Source: Planctomycetota bacterium
Lineage (GTDB): Bacteria > Planctomycetota > PUPC01 > DSUN01
Direction: 5' to 3'
NCBI GenBank assembly: GCA_035384565.1
Contig: DAOOIT010000016.1
Span: 10,545 to 74,544, forward strand
Length of the DNA stretch: 64,000 bases
The position numbers were made by a program, and so were the translations under genes. Under the pieces are notes generated by a model. It was not told the DNA's origin, made no database searches, and saw only the letters and a program-made list of their open reading frames with translations. This document shows positions 37,264 to 46,168 of this stretch, piece by piece (position 1 is the first letter of the stretch; each line of letters starts with the position of its first letter).

Positions 37264-39508
37264 TTACTGCTCCGGGAAGTTCAGGGGGTTCAGCGGGTCG
37301 GTGCCTGCCTTCTTCTCCTCTTCGTTCGAGTAGCCGTCGCCATCGGCGTCCGGGTCGGCGTTGTCGCCGATGCCGTCGCCATCGGTGTCGCGCCACTCCT
37401 TCGGGTCGCGGGGGAAGGCGTCCCAGGGCACGGCCGAGGCGTTCGGCACCCCGTCGCCGTCCCAGTCGAGTTCCTCGTTGTCGGGCACGCCGTTCTTGTT
37501 CAAGTCGTCCGCCTTGCCGTCGCCGTCAATGTCGGCGTCGAGGTTGTCGCCGATGCGGTCACCATCCACGTCGGCCTGCTCCTCACGCTCGAGGGGGAAG
37601 GCATCTTTGGCATCGGGCGCGCCGTCGTTATCGTCGTCATCGTCCTGATCGTTGGGCTGGCCGTCGCCGTCGCTGTCGGGCGGGGCGCCCTCGGTGACAA
37701 GGAGGGCGATGTCCACACTGAAGGGCGGTGCGACGAAGGTCTGCGTGCCGGCGGGGGCGTCGAGGCGGGCGAGGATGGCGGCGTCGGTGGGGCTGTACCA
37801 GTAGGCTTTGGCGGCCTGAGGCACGTCTACGGTGACTTGGAGGTCTTTGACCTCGCCGCGGTCGTGGTCCCACGTGTGGTGACGGGGCTGGCCGGCGGGC
37901 GTCTGTGCGCATTGGGCGCAGGCGCCGTGGTGGAGGTAGACGCCGGCGCGCCGGTCGGAGCGGAGGCCGTACGCCCGCACATCCTTGGCCTGCAACCCGG
38001 CCAGGTGGACGGGCATCGGCCTCACGCCGGCATCCAGGCAGTGGGCGAAGTCCTGGAGGGCCTTGGTGTACTGCCGCTCTTCGGGGCCGATCCAGATGTT
38101 CATGTGGTGGCCGTCCTTGGCGTAGGACGTTTCCCAGAAGATGAAGGAGACTTGGTTGAAGAAGGCGCTCCAGAGTCGGACGCGCATGCGGCGGGCGGAG
38201 CCTGGGTCCCACACGCCGCCGATGCCCTGGGGGATGAGTTCGGGTTTGCCGCCGCCGTTGCCCTGCTCGCCGTAGACGACGGGCTTGCCGTGCCGTTTGT
38301 GGTTCCTGGCGTTGCCGGCCGATGCCTGGTCGGAGGCGAGTTCGTCTTCGCGGCCGTACCAGTGGGGGGCCGAGATGTCAATGCCGGCCAGATCGGGTCG
38401 CTCCCAGCTCGTGGCCAGGGGCTTGCCGTAGGGGTCAATGGACTTCAGGTAGGGGATGGTGATGGCGTACCAGCCGTCGGCGGCTTTCTGCTCGTTGAGG
38501 AGTTCCCAGAAGTCCACGTAGGCGCCCCAGCGGTCCACCGAGTACTTGATGAGGGCTTTGACTTTGGCCATGCCCACGGCGTCGTCGGGCTGGTCATTGA
38601 AGACGCGGGCAAAGCCGAAGATGCCATAGAAATTGCGGATGCCATACTTCATCGTGAGCTGGAGCATCTCGTCCACCATCGCCGCCTGTTCCCAGCGGAT
38701 GCGGGCGGGGGTGGCGGCTTTGGGGTCGTAGTGGATGTCGAAGACGGGGATGGAGAAGTTGTGGGGCGAGAAGCGCCAGAGGTTGAAGCCGGCGCGAGCG
38801 TGGCGGCCGAAGTAGACGTCGCCGTTTTGCGGATTCATCGAGGGGCCGCGGGCAAACATCGCTCCAGGCGGCGGGGCGGGGCGCTCGCCGCCATGTGTGT
38901 CGAGGCGGAAGGGACCCTCCATGGACTTCTGGTCCATCGCTGATCCGTTGTGGTTGCCATCGAAGACGCCGTCCTGGGTGCCGATGGGCCAGAAGGGGCT
39001 GCCGTCTTCGTAGATGAAGGTGAAGGGGTTCGCGGGGTTGATGCGCACCCAGCCCTTGGGCGGGATGCGGGGTTTGACGACCTTGAAGGCTCCCTTGCCC
39101 TCCGTGCTCTGGCCCTGGGCATTGCGGAAGACCCATTCGTAGGACCACTCGCCCACCTCGCTCGGGGCGTAGCGGGCCTTCCAGGTGTCGGCGGGGTCGC
39201 AGGGCCAGACGGCGTCGGATCGCTCGCGGCCCTTGGCATCCTTGAACTGGTGGATGACCGGCTTCTGGGGCTTCGAGGAGCCGTAGAAGAAGCCACCGAC
39301 CTTGGGCTTCTTGCCGCTGGGCGACGTGAGGGCCACGTCAATCGTCACGTCCCAGTTCGGGTCGGTATACCTGCCCTCATGCTGGAAGGTCAGCTCAATG
39401 ACCTGGTAAGGCATGAGGCGCGGGGTGTTCTGGGTGACCTTCACCTCGAGGGCCCAGGCGGGCGCGAGCCCGCCGAAAGCCAACGCCAATGCCACCGGCC
39501 ATCGCATC
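37264..39508 (-). CDS. secreted GH-A-clan (cellulase-like TIM-barrel) hydrolase-like protein with C-terminal thrombospondin type-3 calcium-binding repeats
   Basis: Signal peptide MRWPVALALAFGGLAPAWA (ATG at 39508, GGAGG 9 nt upstream). Central TIM-barrel-like region has ..FWELLNEQK.. and ..VVYGEQGNGG... The C-terminal 150 aa are D-rich DxDGDGxxDxxD repeats typical of TSP3 Ca-binding motifs. Confidence 0.75.
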
Positions 39509-39521
39509 AGTGTCGCCTCCG

Positions 39522-41270
39522 TCACTTGAGGAAATCGGGCAGGTAGCTATCGCCGGAGTCCTTGGGCTGGAGCTTCTTGCGCTGCTCCTCGCGCTGGCGG
39601 CGCTCGGCCTCGCGGAGTGCGCGGTAGGAGCCGCGCGTGAGGCGATCCTCGTTGCCCGGCCCGGCGATGACGACGATGGAGCTCTCGGCCATCAGGTGCT
39701 TCTGCTTGGCATTGATGTGGTAGCAGCGGCTCTGGCACAGGCCGCAGCCGTTGCACTTGTCGGCGAGCACGACGGGCGCGGAGAAGCCGCTGCCTTCGAC
39801 CGGCTGGCCGTCGTCGCCGATCTCGACGTGGACGCGGACGAACTCGATGGCGTCGTAGCCGGCGGCCTTGCACTCGTCGAAGCACATCTGGCAGGCCTCG
39901 GTGCCGAGGTGCGGCAGGCAGGTGGCCTCGTTGACGATGGCCAGGCCGATGCGGGCGGCGCGCTTCTCGTCGAGCGGCAGGGCGCGAATCGCGCCCGTGG
40001 GGCACACCTGGCCGCAGTTGTTGCACTTCGGCTCGCAGCCGACCCAGTCGGGCACCACCTGCGGCGTCCACAGGCTCTCAAGGCCGTGCTCGAAGCCCAT
40101 CGGCTGAAGGACGTTGAACGGACAGGCCTTGAGGCACTGGCCGCAGCGGACGCACAGGCGCAGGAAGTCGGGCTCGGGCACGCTGCCCGGCGGGCGCAGC
40201 GGCGGGTGGTCGGGCGGCGCGCCGCGGAGCTGGCGAATCCCGACCGCTGCGGCCAGACCCGCCCCCAAGCCCATCGCGAAGCCGCGGCGCGAAACAGGGC
40301 CGTCGCTGGCGCCGGATGTGCGACGCGCGAGGCGCCGCCAGCCGAACTCGATGGCGTTGACGGGACACACCTTGCCACAGGTCTGGCAGAAAGTGCAGTC
40401 GAGGGCGCGGGTGGTGAAATCGGGCCTGATGGCGTCGAAGGAACATGCCCGCGCACACTTGCCGCATTGGATGCACGCCGGCGTCACCTTGCGCTCGGTC
40501 AGCCGGAGGACGTTCGCCACGGAGAAGACTGCGCCACTGGGACACAGGTACCGGCACCAGAAGCGGGCGGCGAGCAGGCCCAGCGCGATCGTGAGCACGA
40601 ACAGCCCGATGGAGAGGTAGTGCCCCGCGTGCATCGGCGGGATGAGGTACCAGCCCTTCGCCAGACCGAGTTGCACGGGGGCGGCCAGATACATCATCCC
40701 GCGCGTGAACACGGGGATGGCGGCGACGAAGCCCGACAGCAGCACGCCGCACGCCGCGGCGGCGAGGAGGCCGCCGAGCACATAGTACCGCAGATGCACC
40801 CACCAGCCGCGGCGCCGCGCTTCCCCCACCTTCTCGTCCCTGCGCTCTGCGTGGGAGCGTGTCTGCCGACGCTCTGCGTCGCGGGCACGGAGGGCCGCGG
40901 AGCGGCCGAAGAGGCGTCCCCAGGCGGAGCGCAGGGATGAGAGCGCGACATGGAACAGGTCGAGGAGGGTGCCGAAGGGGCAAACATAAGCGCAGAAGCC
41001 GCGCGGGATGACCAGGCACACGGCCAGCAGTGCGGCCGCCCAGGCGAGCGACCAGACCCAGGCTCGCGCCGCAATGGCCGTCGAGACGCTCACGAGCGGG
41101 TCGAGTGCGAGGAATGCCTCGGCCTCGACCATCTCGCGCGCGGCCCGCGCCTCCGCGTGGTGGCGCACGTCATAGGGCCAGCAGACGGAGAAGAAGAGGG
41201 CGAGGAAGAGGAGGAAGCAAGCAGATTGAATCGGCCGGCGGAGTCTGCCAATGGCGCGGAGCAGGAACAA
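39522..41270 (-). CDS. membrane-bound polyferredoxin, a NapH/MauN-like N-terminal half fused to a NapG/MauM-like C-terminal half
   Basis: Two CX3CP motifs in TM helices (CAYVCPFG, CRYLCPSG). Six CxxCxxCxxxC(P) 4Fe-4S motifs follow (CIQCGKCARAC, CTFCQTCGKVCP, CVRCGQCLKACP, CNNCGQVCP, CQMCFDEC, CNGCGLCQSRC). There is an internal twin-arginine-like motif, SRRGFAMGLGAGLAAAVG. Confidence 0.8.
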   Translation of the reverse strand: MFLLRAIGRLRRPIQSACFLLFLALFFSVCWPYDVRHHAEARAAREMVEAEAFLALDPLVSVSTAIAARAWVWSLAWAAALLAVCLVIPRGFCAYVCPFGTLLDLFHVALSSLRSAWGRLFGRSAALRARDAERRQTRSHAERRDEKVGEARRRGWWVHLRYYVLGGLLAAAACGVLLSGFVAAIPVFTRGMMYLAAPVQLGLAKGWYLIPPMHAGHYLSIGLFVLTIALGLLAARFWCRYLCPSGAVFSVANVLRLTERKVTPACIQCGKCARACSFDAIRPDFTTRALDCTFCQTCGKVCPVNAIEFGWRRLARRTSGASDGPVSRRGFAMGLGAGLAAAVGIRQLRGAPPDHPPLRPPGSVPEPDFLRLCVRCGQCLKACPFNVLQPMGFEHGLESLWTPQVVPDWVGCEPKCNNCGQVCPTGAIRALPLDEKRAARIGLAIVNEATCLPHLGTEACQMCFDECKAAGYDAIEFVRVHVEIGDDGQPVEGSGFSAPVVLADKCNGCGLCQSRCYHINAKQKHLMAESSIVVIAGPGNEDRLTRGSYRALREAERRQREEQRKKLQPKDSGDSYLPDFLK

Positions 41271-41436
41271 GAGAGAGCCCTCGACTTTGCTTGGCTCCGC
41301 TCGGGATCACGAAGGCCGACTGGGCCGCGTCCCCTCAGTACCGCCCCACAAGGAAGGGCGTGCAGTTCTGGTGGCACAGCCCCTAGGCTGTGGACGAAGC
41401 GGGGCGTGCGCCCAGGCGGCGTTCATGAGCAGGCGT

Positions 41437-42849
41437 TCATTTCATCGCCCCGGCGAGGGCCTTCGCGGTGGCGTTCACGATGGCCTCGGAGGTGATGGTG
41501 GCGCAGGTGACGGCGTCAATCCCCTTGACGCTCTGCTTGGCGACGATCTGCTCGGGGACGGCGACGAGCGAGCTGTAGTATTGCTTGTCTTCGAAGCGGC
41601 TGACTCGGACCGATTCGATGCGGCCGGCGGCGACGGTGACGGTGACCTCGAGCGGCCCGGCGTAGGAGATGCTGGTCGCGCGGTAGGCGCCGTCGGGGAT
41701 GCGCTTGAGGTCCAGGGCATCGTAGACCTTGATGGCGTCTATGTTGGCCTGGGCGCGGTTGCGGAGGCGCTCGATCTGGCCCTTGCGCTGGCCGATGGGC
41801 TGGATTTCGAGGACCTTCTGGTAGCGGGCGACGGCGTCGGAGTAGCGGCCGTGGAGGCGGCAGACGTCCCCGGCGGCGAGGTGGCCTTCGGCCACCCAGC
41901 TCTGGTCGCCGCGCTCGTCGGGCCGCGCCATGGCGGCGGCGAGTCGGAGGGCCTTCTCAGGCTCGCCCATTTCGGACCAGAGCTTGACGATGCCGGCCGA
42001 CACATAGCCGTCCACCTCGCGCATCTTGGCCACGGCCATGGCCTTGCTACCGAGGCGCCAGTAGCATTCGGCCAGGCGCACCGTGTTGAACACGCTGAGC
42101 TTCTGGCGGGCGGCCACCTTCTCCCACCAGAAGGCGGCCCGCGCCCAGTCCTGCATCAGGTTGAAGTAGCTGTTGGCCAACGCCTCCATGGTGCGCGTGA
42201 GCACGGGGGGATTGTCTTTGTGCACGGTGAGGAGGTGGTGGAGGAAGCGGATGCCGCTCTTCCAGCGGCTGGGGTTCTCGTTGATGGTGCTCCAGAGGTA
42301 TTGCCCGATGTTCTTCGAGGGGTTCCAGGGGCCTTGGGGCTTCTCGGGCCACGAGAGGTCGAGGCTCTGGGGATAGTCGAGGGGCGTGGCCTCGTACCAG
42401 TCGGGCGGCGTAGCGCCCGCCTTACGGATGAGCGCAGCCACCTCGGCTTGCGAACGTGCGCCGGCCTTGGGGCTGGGCTCCGACTTGGCCTCCGGCTCGG
42501 GGTCCGATGCCACCGGGGTCTTGGCGGCCTGCGGGGTCTCCTCGTCGTCGGGCGCCTCGCCGTGCTCAGGAGGCTGGGCCTTTGTGGCGGCCTTCGATTC
42601 GGCGCCGGGCTTCTCATTCAGCACGATGCGCCGGCCGCCGATGGTGACGGCGTGGACGCGCGAGACGGGGAACCGCATCTTCGTCTCGGCCCCGCCCATC
42701 GTCACGTTGAAGGTGATGGAGTCTTTGGACTCCTCGACCACGCTGCCGCGGATCCGCTGGCCGTTGAGGAGTTCGACCTCGTCGGCGAGCGCAAGGCCCG
42801 ACATCAGCAGCGAACCCGCAAGAAGCACTGCCATCACGTAGACCCGCAT
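41437..42849 (-). CDS. exported FMN-binding-domain protein (NosR/RnfG/NqrC-type FMN_bind domain at the C-terminus, TPR-like middle region)
   Basis: Signal peptide MRVYVMAVLLAGSLLMSGLALA (ATG at 42849, GGAGAAA upstream). The C-terminal block ..KGIDAVTCATITSEAIVNATAKAL is the conserved FMN_bind motif carrying the flavinylated Thr. A low-complexity P/E/A linker is present. Confidence 0.65.
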   Translation of the reverse strand: MRVYVMAVLLAGSLLMSGLALADEVELLNGQRIRGSVVEESKDSITFNVTMGGAETKMRFPVSRVHAVTIGGRRIVLNEKPGAESKAATKAQPPEHGEAPDDEETPQAAKTPVASDPEPEAKSEPSPKAGARSQAEVAALIRKAGATPPDWYEATPLDYPQSLDLSWPEKPQGPWNPSKNIGQYLWSTINENPSRWKSGIRFLHHLLTVHKDNPPVLTRTMEALANSYFNLMQDWARAAFWWEKVAARQKLSVFNTVRLAECYWRLGSKAMAVAKMREVDGYVSAGIVKLWSEMGEPEKALRLAAAMARPDERGDQSWVAEGHLAAGDVCRLHGRYSDAVARYQKVLEIQPIGQRKGQIERLRNRAQANIDAIKVYDALDLKRIPDGAYRATSISYAGPLEVTVTVAAGRIESVRVSRFEDKQYYSSLVAVPEQIVAKQSVKGIDAVTCATITSEAIVNATAKALAGAMK

Positions 42850-42956
42850 GCTCGGTTTCTCCAAGGCCCTGGGTCGCAATTCAAGCACGAAGGGGCGCTG
42901 GCCGTCAAGCGCGAAGGCCGACGGAGCGACCCGGCCATCCCACGAAGGGGCTGGCG

Positions 42957-45221
42957 TCACTCGCCCTGTATCTTGCGCAGCACCTCGACGAGACGGACGA
43001 CCTTGCCCTCCTGGTGGGCGATGCCGGCCGCCACGCGGTCGCCTGCGCGCACGGTGCCCAGGGCCTCCGCGAGAGCGGGGGGCAGCCCGTCGCGGTTCAC
43101 CGACACGGTGAGCAGCTTGCCGGCGAGGCCCTCGGGATTCCTGGCGGTGTTGGACTGCCAGACTCTCGTGACCTTGTCGGCGCGGAGGACCAGGACGCCT
43201 TCGCCCTTGCCGACCACCACGCCCTCGATCATCCCGCGGAAGCCTGCCACGTCGTCGGCCGTGGCCGGGCCGGCGGCTTCGGTGCGGGTTTCGGGCTTCG
43301 GCTCGTCGCGGCGCTCGCCGTCGCGGGCGACCTTCTTCTCGCGCCAGAACGCCTCGTCGTCGCCGTCGCGTCGCACGGGCTTCTCGCGGCGTTCGCCCTC
43401 GCCGTCGGGCGCGACCTTCTTCTCACGTCTCTCGCCGTCGCCCTCGGGGGCGGTCTTCTTCTCGCGCCAGCCGCCGTCGCCCTCGCCTTCGGTGCGAACC
43501 TTTTTCTCGCGCCAGCCGCCTTCGCCCTCGCCCGAGCGCTTGTCGCGCTTGGGCTGATCGGGCGCGTCGAGCACGCGGTACCTCTTCACCACGAGGCCCG
43601 GCTCGATGCCGTCCTCGCCCGGCGTCGCCTCGCCCACGAGGCGCACGCGGCGGCCGTTCGCCTCGTCCACCAGCTTCGCGCCGTCGGCCTCCTTGAGGAT
43701 GCGGTAGACGGTGACCTTCTCGCGCACGCCCTCGTCGGTCTCCTTGCGTTCGACGACTTTGAGGATGCCGGCGCAGTCGCGGTCGGGCGTGGCCTTCACC
43801 CAGCCCTCGAGTTCGCGCAGCCGACCGCTCTCGGCCTCGACCTTCTTGACGCGGGCGTGGCCTTCGCCTTCGCTCTCGCGGACGGGTTCGACCTTCTTGA
43901 CGCGCGCATGGCCTTCGCCCTCGCCCTCGCCCTCCGGCGCGATCCTCTTCTCACGATGGTGGCCTTCGCCCTCGCCTTCGCGGACGGGTTCGACCTTCTT
44001 GACGCGCGCATGGCCTTCGCCTTCGCCCTCGCCCTCGCCCTCGGAGCGAGCCGGCTTGTCGCGCTCGCCCTCGCCGCCTTCGGTTTCGGCCTTGCGAAGG
44101 AGCTCCATTACGGAGAGGCGGAAGCCCTGGATGTCGAATGCCTCGACGATGATCTGGTCGCCCTGTCGGAGCGACTTGAGGGTTTCGAGGTGCTTCTCGA
44201 GCATGCGGTTCTCGGGCACGACGACCTCGATCGTCTTGCCAACGGCCTGTTCGGGGTGTCGGGCCGTGCTCTGGGGCCAGGTGGCGGCCACTTTGTCAAT
44301 CTTCAGCAGGAACTCGCGTGTGACCTTGCTGGTGATGGTGCCGACGAGGATGCCCTTGAAGCCTTTGAGTTCGGGGGGCAGGGTCGGGCGCTCGGCGTCG
44401 CCGCCGGCGAACACCTGGCTCATGCCGGGGCCCAGCACCGCCACGTCGCCGAAGTGGCAGGCCACCATCCCCGTCACCACCATCACCGTCACCACGGCCG
44501 ACTTCTTCAGCGTCCCCATGTCGCGTTCTCCTTTCTGCGATTCGGGGTATTCGACGCTGGTGAGAAACTCGGTGCCTTTGACCTCGATGGAGCCGATGGG
44601 CGTGAGGAGCGTGAAGCGCCCCCTGCCCGGGTCAATGCGGGAGATGGCGCGGCCGCGCTGGAGCTCGATGGCCTCGTGGCGCGGCTGGCCGCGCACGACG
44701 GCCTGGGCGTTGGGGTCGAGGGCCACGCGGCAGTAGCCGCCGAGGGCGAGTTCGGCGCCGCCGGCTTCGGCGACGATGCGCTGGCCCCGCGAGAGCGCGG
44801 CGGAGCCGGTGCGGAGGGTGTCACCGTCGCCGAGGCGGAATGCGCCCGTGGCGATGAGCGAGTGTGCGCGCCCGCGGCTCGCCTGCCAGACGCCGTGGGC
44901 GGCATAGAGCGCGCCGAGGAGGACGGCGGCGGCCGCGGCCCAGCGCAGCCCTCGGCCTCGGCGGGCCGGGCGGCGCTGGATGGCGTGGGCTTTGGCGCGC
45001 AGGGTGGCCTTGGCGAGGAGACGCTCGCGGCTGTGGGCCAGGGCGTCGGCCTGGCGGCCTGCCAGGCGCTGGCGGAGCTGGCCCTCGAAGCACACGGCGG
45101 CCGCGGCCTCCTGGCGCCGGGCCGGGTCGGCGAGGGCGGCGGCCAGGGCGCGGGCTTCGGCCTCCGAGAGCGGCTCGCCCTCCAGCGCGCGGTCGAGGAG
45201 ATCGTGCCAGTGGCTGCTCAT
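42957..45221 (-). CDS. anti-sigma factor (N-terminal anti-sigma domain, one TM helix, FecR-like domain) with a long C-terminal extension of three repeated ~70-aa domains separated by EG-rich tandem repeats
   Basis: Start MSSHWHDLL at 45221 overlaps the sigma-factor stop (ATGA). TM LRWAAAAAVLLGALYAA. A FecR-like block (GSIEVKGTEF). Repeats (EGEGEGEGHARVKKVEPVRE)x4 and (GEGDGGWREKKxAPE)x4. Upstream in-frame codons (to 45527) are R/P-rich and were rejected. Confidence 0.7.
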   Translation of the reverse strand: MSSHWHDLLDRALEGEPLSEAEARALAAALADPARRQEAAAAVCFEGQLRQRLAGRQADALAHSRERLLAKATLRAKAHAIQRRPARRGRGLRWAAAAAVLLGALYAAHGVWQASRGRAHSLIATGAFRLGDGDTLRTGSAALSRGQRIVAEAGGAELALGGYCRVALDPNAQAVVRGQPRHEAIELQRGRAISRIDPGRGRFTLLTPIGSIEVKGTEFLTSVEYPESQKGERDMGTLKKSAVVTVMVVTGMVACHFGDVAVLGPGMSQVFAGGDAERPTLPPELKGFKGILVGTITSKVTREFLLKIDKVAATWPQSTARHPEQAVGKTIEVVVPENRMLEKHLETLKSLRQGDQIIVEAFDIQGFRLSVMELLRKAETEGGEGERDKPARSEGEGEGEGEGHARVKKVEPVREGEGEGHHREKRIAPEGEGEGEGHARVKKVEPVRESEGEGHARVKKVEAESGRLRELEGWVKATPDRDCAGILKVVERKETDEGVREKVTVYRILKEADGAKLVDEANGRRVRLVGEATPGEDGIEPGLVVKRYRVLDAPDQPKRDKRSGEGEGGWREKKVRTEGEGDGGWREKKTAPEGDGERREKKVAPDGEGERREKPVRRDGDDEAFWREKKVARDGERRDEPKPETRTEAAGPATADDVAGFRGMIEGVVVGKGEGVLVLRADKVTRVWQSNTARNPEGLAGKLLTVSVNRDGLPPALAEALGTVRAGDRVAAGIAHQEGKVVRLVEVLRKIQGE

Positions 45222-45712
45222 GGCGCCAGTTCCCCGGCCAGTTGGCCCTCGACGCATCGCTTGAGGGCTTGGCGGATGCGGAAGAGCTGGACCCGTACGG
45301 TGGCGGCGTTCCGGGAGAGCTGCTCGGCGATCTGGGTGACCCGCAGGCCGTGCTCGTAGCGGCGGGCCACGAGGTCGCGGTCCTCGGGCGATAGGGTGCC
45401 GAGGCAGTGGTCGAGGGCGGCGTGAAGCTCGCGGCTGGCGGCGCGCGAGAGTGCGTCGTCGGCCTCCTCGGCCAGGAGAGCGAGGCGGTCGGCGGCGTCC
45501 TGCGTCAGCTTCTGATGCTCGCGCCACCAGGTCTTCACCAGGTTACGCACGGTGCCGCGGAGCCAGGCGCCGGGGTCGCCGGTGAACTCGCGCCCCTCTT
45601 CCAGGCGGTCGAAGGCGATGAGGAATGCCTCGTGCACGATGTCCTCGGCCTCGGGGGCGCCGCGGGTGAGGAAGCGCGCGTAGCGCCACGCGCCTTCGTA
45701 GTGGCGGTCCAC
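45218..45712 (-). CDS. ECF-type RNA polymerase sigma factor (sigma-70 family group 4)
   Basis: ..RFEALVDRHYEGAWRYARFL.. is region 2.1/2.2, and ..LSPEDRDLVARRYEHGLRVTQIAEQLSRNAATVRVQLFRIRQAL.. is the region-4 HTH. GTG at 45710-45712. The in-frame upstream codons (..RLRHRFEALV..) suggest the true start lies a few codons further 5' at a non-ATG codon. Confidence 0.75.
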   Translation of the reverse strand: MDRHYEGAWRYARFLTRGAPEAEDIVHEAFLIAFDRLEEGREFTGDPGAWLRGTVRNLVKTWWREHQKLTQDAADRLALLAEEADDALSRAASRELHAALDHCLGTLSPEDRDLVARRYEHGLRVTQIAEQLSRNAATVRVQLFRIRQALKRCVEGQLAGELAP

Positions 45713-45860
45713 CAGGGCTTCGAAGCGGTGGCGCAGGCGGCTGATGGCGAGTCTCCTGGTATGTGCGGCCAGCTTCCTTCATAGGGTACTGTGGCGCGGG
45801 AATCAAATGTTTCACGGTTCTCCGCCTGCGGCGCCGGCATGTTGCTGCTTGGCAACATGC

Positions 45861-45983
45861 CACCCATACTTGCTCATTCCTGTGAGGGTGGAATTGAGCA
45901 AGTATGGGTGGAACGCCCCCGGAGGCCGCCGGATCGCCAAAGCGCCATACTTGCTCACCTGGGGGGATGAGCAAGTATGGGGG
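45861..45983. repeat. Family-A hairpin repeat cluster (four alternating copies of CCATACTTGCTCA / TGAGCAAGTATGG) in the divergent promoter region between the ECF sigma gene and the 46169 gene
   Basis: Copies at 45863-45876(-), 45895-45908(+), 45945-45958(-) and 45968-45980(+). The 45929-45958 copy carries the full 30-bp unit including GGCGATCCGG. Confidence 0.7.
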
Positions 45984-46168
45984 ACGGGGTGTCTGATTTG
46001 TCGGACTCGTTGGACGTGTCGGACTGGTCGGACGCATCGGACTTGTCGGGTTCGCCGGCTTCGGGGGCTAATTGGCCTTGCACGAGATGGGCGGGCTGAC
46101 ATGAATAGAGTCGCTGCCCCGCACGAGGGCGGAGAGACCGAGGGTGAAGGGGAGAAGGAGGAGTGGCG

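Noticed and set aside
43290-44060. Regular 45-bp and 60-bp DNA tandem repeats that could be mistaken for a CRISPR or minisatellite array
   Set aside because: They lie in-frame inside the anti-sigma CDS and encode the EG/EK-rich peptide repeats. There are no spacer-like unique segments and no cas genes.
45422-45527. Upstream in-frame extension of the anti-sigma ORF (102 extra codons, R/P-rich)
   Set aside because: It overlaps the ECF sigma-factor gene and is low complexity. ATG at 45221 gives the classic ATGA sigma/anti-sigma coupling.
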